Shown here: positions 63,334-64,000 of the stretch, one piece after another
Layout: the number at the start of each line of letters is the position of its first letter
Numbering within the stretch: the first letter of the stretch is position 1
NCBI GenBank assembly: GCA_965113315.1
Contig: OZ220367.1
Source: Podarcis vaucheri
Taxonomy: Eukaryota
Strand: one strand, 5' to 3'
Length of the DNA stretch: 64,000 nucleotides
The notes under the pieces: model-generated
What the model was told of the DNA's origin: nothing
What the model saw: only the letters and a program-made list of their open reading frames with translations
Database searches by the model: none
Made by a program: the position numbers and the translations under genes

Positions 63334-64000
63334 CAGTCTGCTTGCTGCTAGACTGGCAGTGCAGGGACACACAATATATTTATGAAAGTCATCACCAATC
63401 ATGGAGGCAGAAGCAACACTGCATAAAAAGACCGACACTTTCAAAACCAGCTTTGGGGTGTGGGGGTGTAAGACAAGTAACAGCGCTGAAAAATTAATCA
63501 AGTCCAAATTTGGAAAGTAAAGTCAAATGCCCTGGAATTTCCTTGCAGCCTCTGGCATAACTCCGCCCACTCTCTCTCTGGCAAGATGAAGGCACTTGAT
63601 TCCGTACATTCAATATTGCTGAATTTGTCAGAGTAGATTGTTAGTGGTCATGGTGCAGCTATTATTCTGCAATTTAATTCTGCAACACAATGGAACATTC
63701 AGGCAAGGATCGCTTCCCTCCTACCTCCACACTGGCCAGTCACACTTGCACCACTGCATGCTGGCTATTACATCCTACAGAAGGTCATATGCATCTCCCA
63801 TATGTACACTGAATCAGCGCATTCTTCTCCAGGGCTCCAAATGTAACATACTGACAAGCACAAGTAACCTGTAGGAGCAGTCCTGGGGAGGTGCTGGGCT
63901 CTGGATGCACAAATGGGATGCACAAATGTAAAAGGAAAGTAGGTTGGCACCCCTCTTCATAAGTCTGGAAAAGGCTTAGGGGCTCATATAATAAGGCACT

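Noticed and set aside
1-64000. Most ORFs in the six-frame track, and alternative gene calls COL25A1 or COL23A1
   Set aside because: The ORFs are short, often low-complexity or microsatellite-derived, with no domains apart from embedded collagen exons. The NC2 peptides and [17 protein letters not shown] fit COL13A1 as recalled.

Overview
Eukaryotic (vertebrate) genomic DNA, almost certainly squamate and probably a lacertid lizard, judging from Sauria/Squam1 SINEs, tRNA-CR1 SINEs and squamate MITEs. The whole window lies inside one minus-strand gene that I read as COL13A1 (transmembrane collagen XIII). I reconstructed 23 GT-AG exons by hand (905 nt, 57525 down to 4483): (G)PP|GPSGRPGLP|GDKGAMGIRGLP|GLKGQPGEK|GAPGEAGISIIGPRGPP|GQPGTRGFPGFP|GQIGLDGKP|GQPGQKGEV|GPAGPKGQP|GTAGQKGEK|GQCGDYPHR|EYLSTTLAALRSNQILTLK|[22 protein letters not shown]|[33 protein letters not shown]|[121 protein letters not shown]. 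These cover COL1, NC2 and the first part of COL2. The 5' exons (TM/NC1) and 3' exons lie outside the window. Introns are filled with L1-like, L2, CR1, SINE, hAT/Tc1-type MITE and microsatellite sequence. Almost all supplied ORFs are spurious or intron read-through. I see no wholly new biological system. The best leads are: extra COL2 exons that I do not recall in mammalian collagen XIII (two of them break the Gly-X-Y register); splicing-regulatory architecture (8-nt microexon, long AG-exclusion zones, RBFOX cluster); a compact full-length non-autonomous L1-like element; a MITE family with 7-bp target-site duplications; and a Tigger1-like end. All comparisons with other species are from memory, not from database searches.
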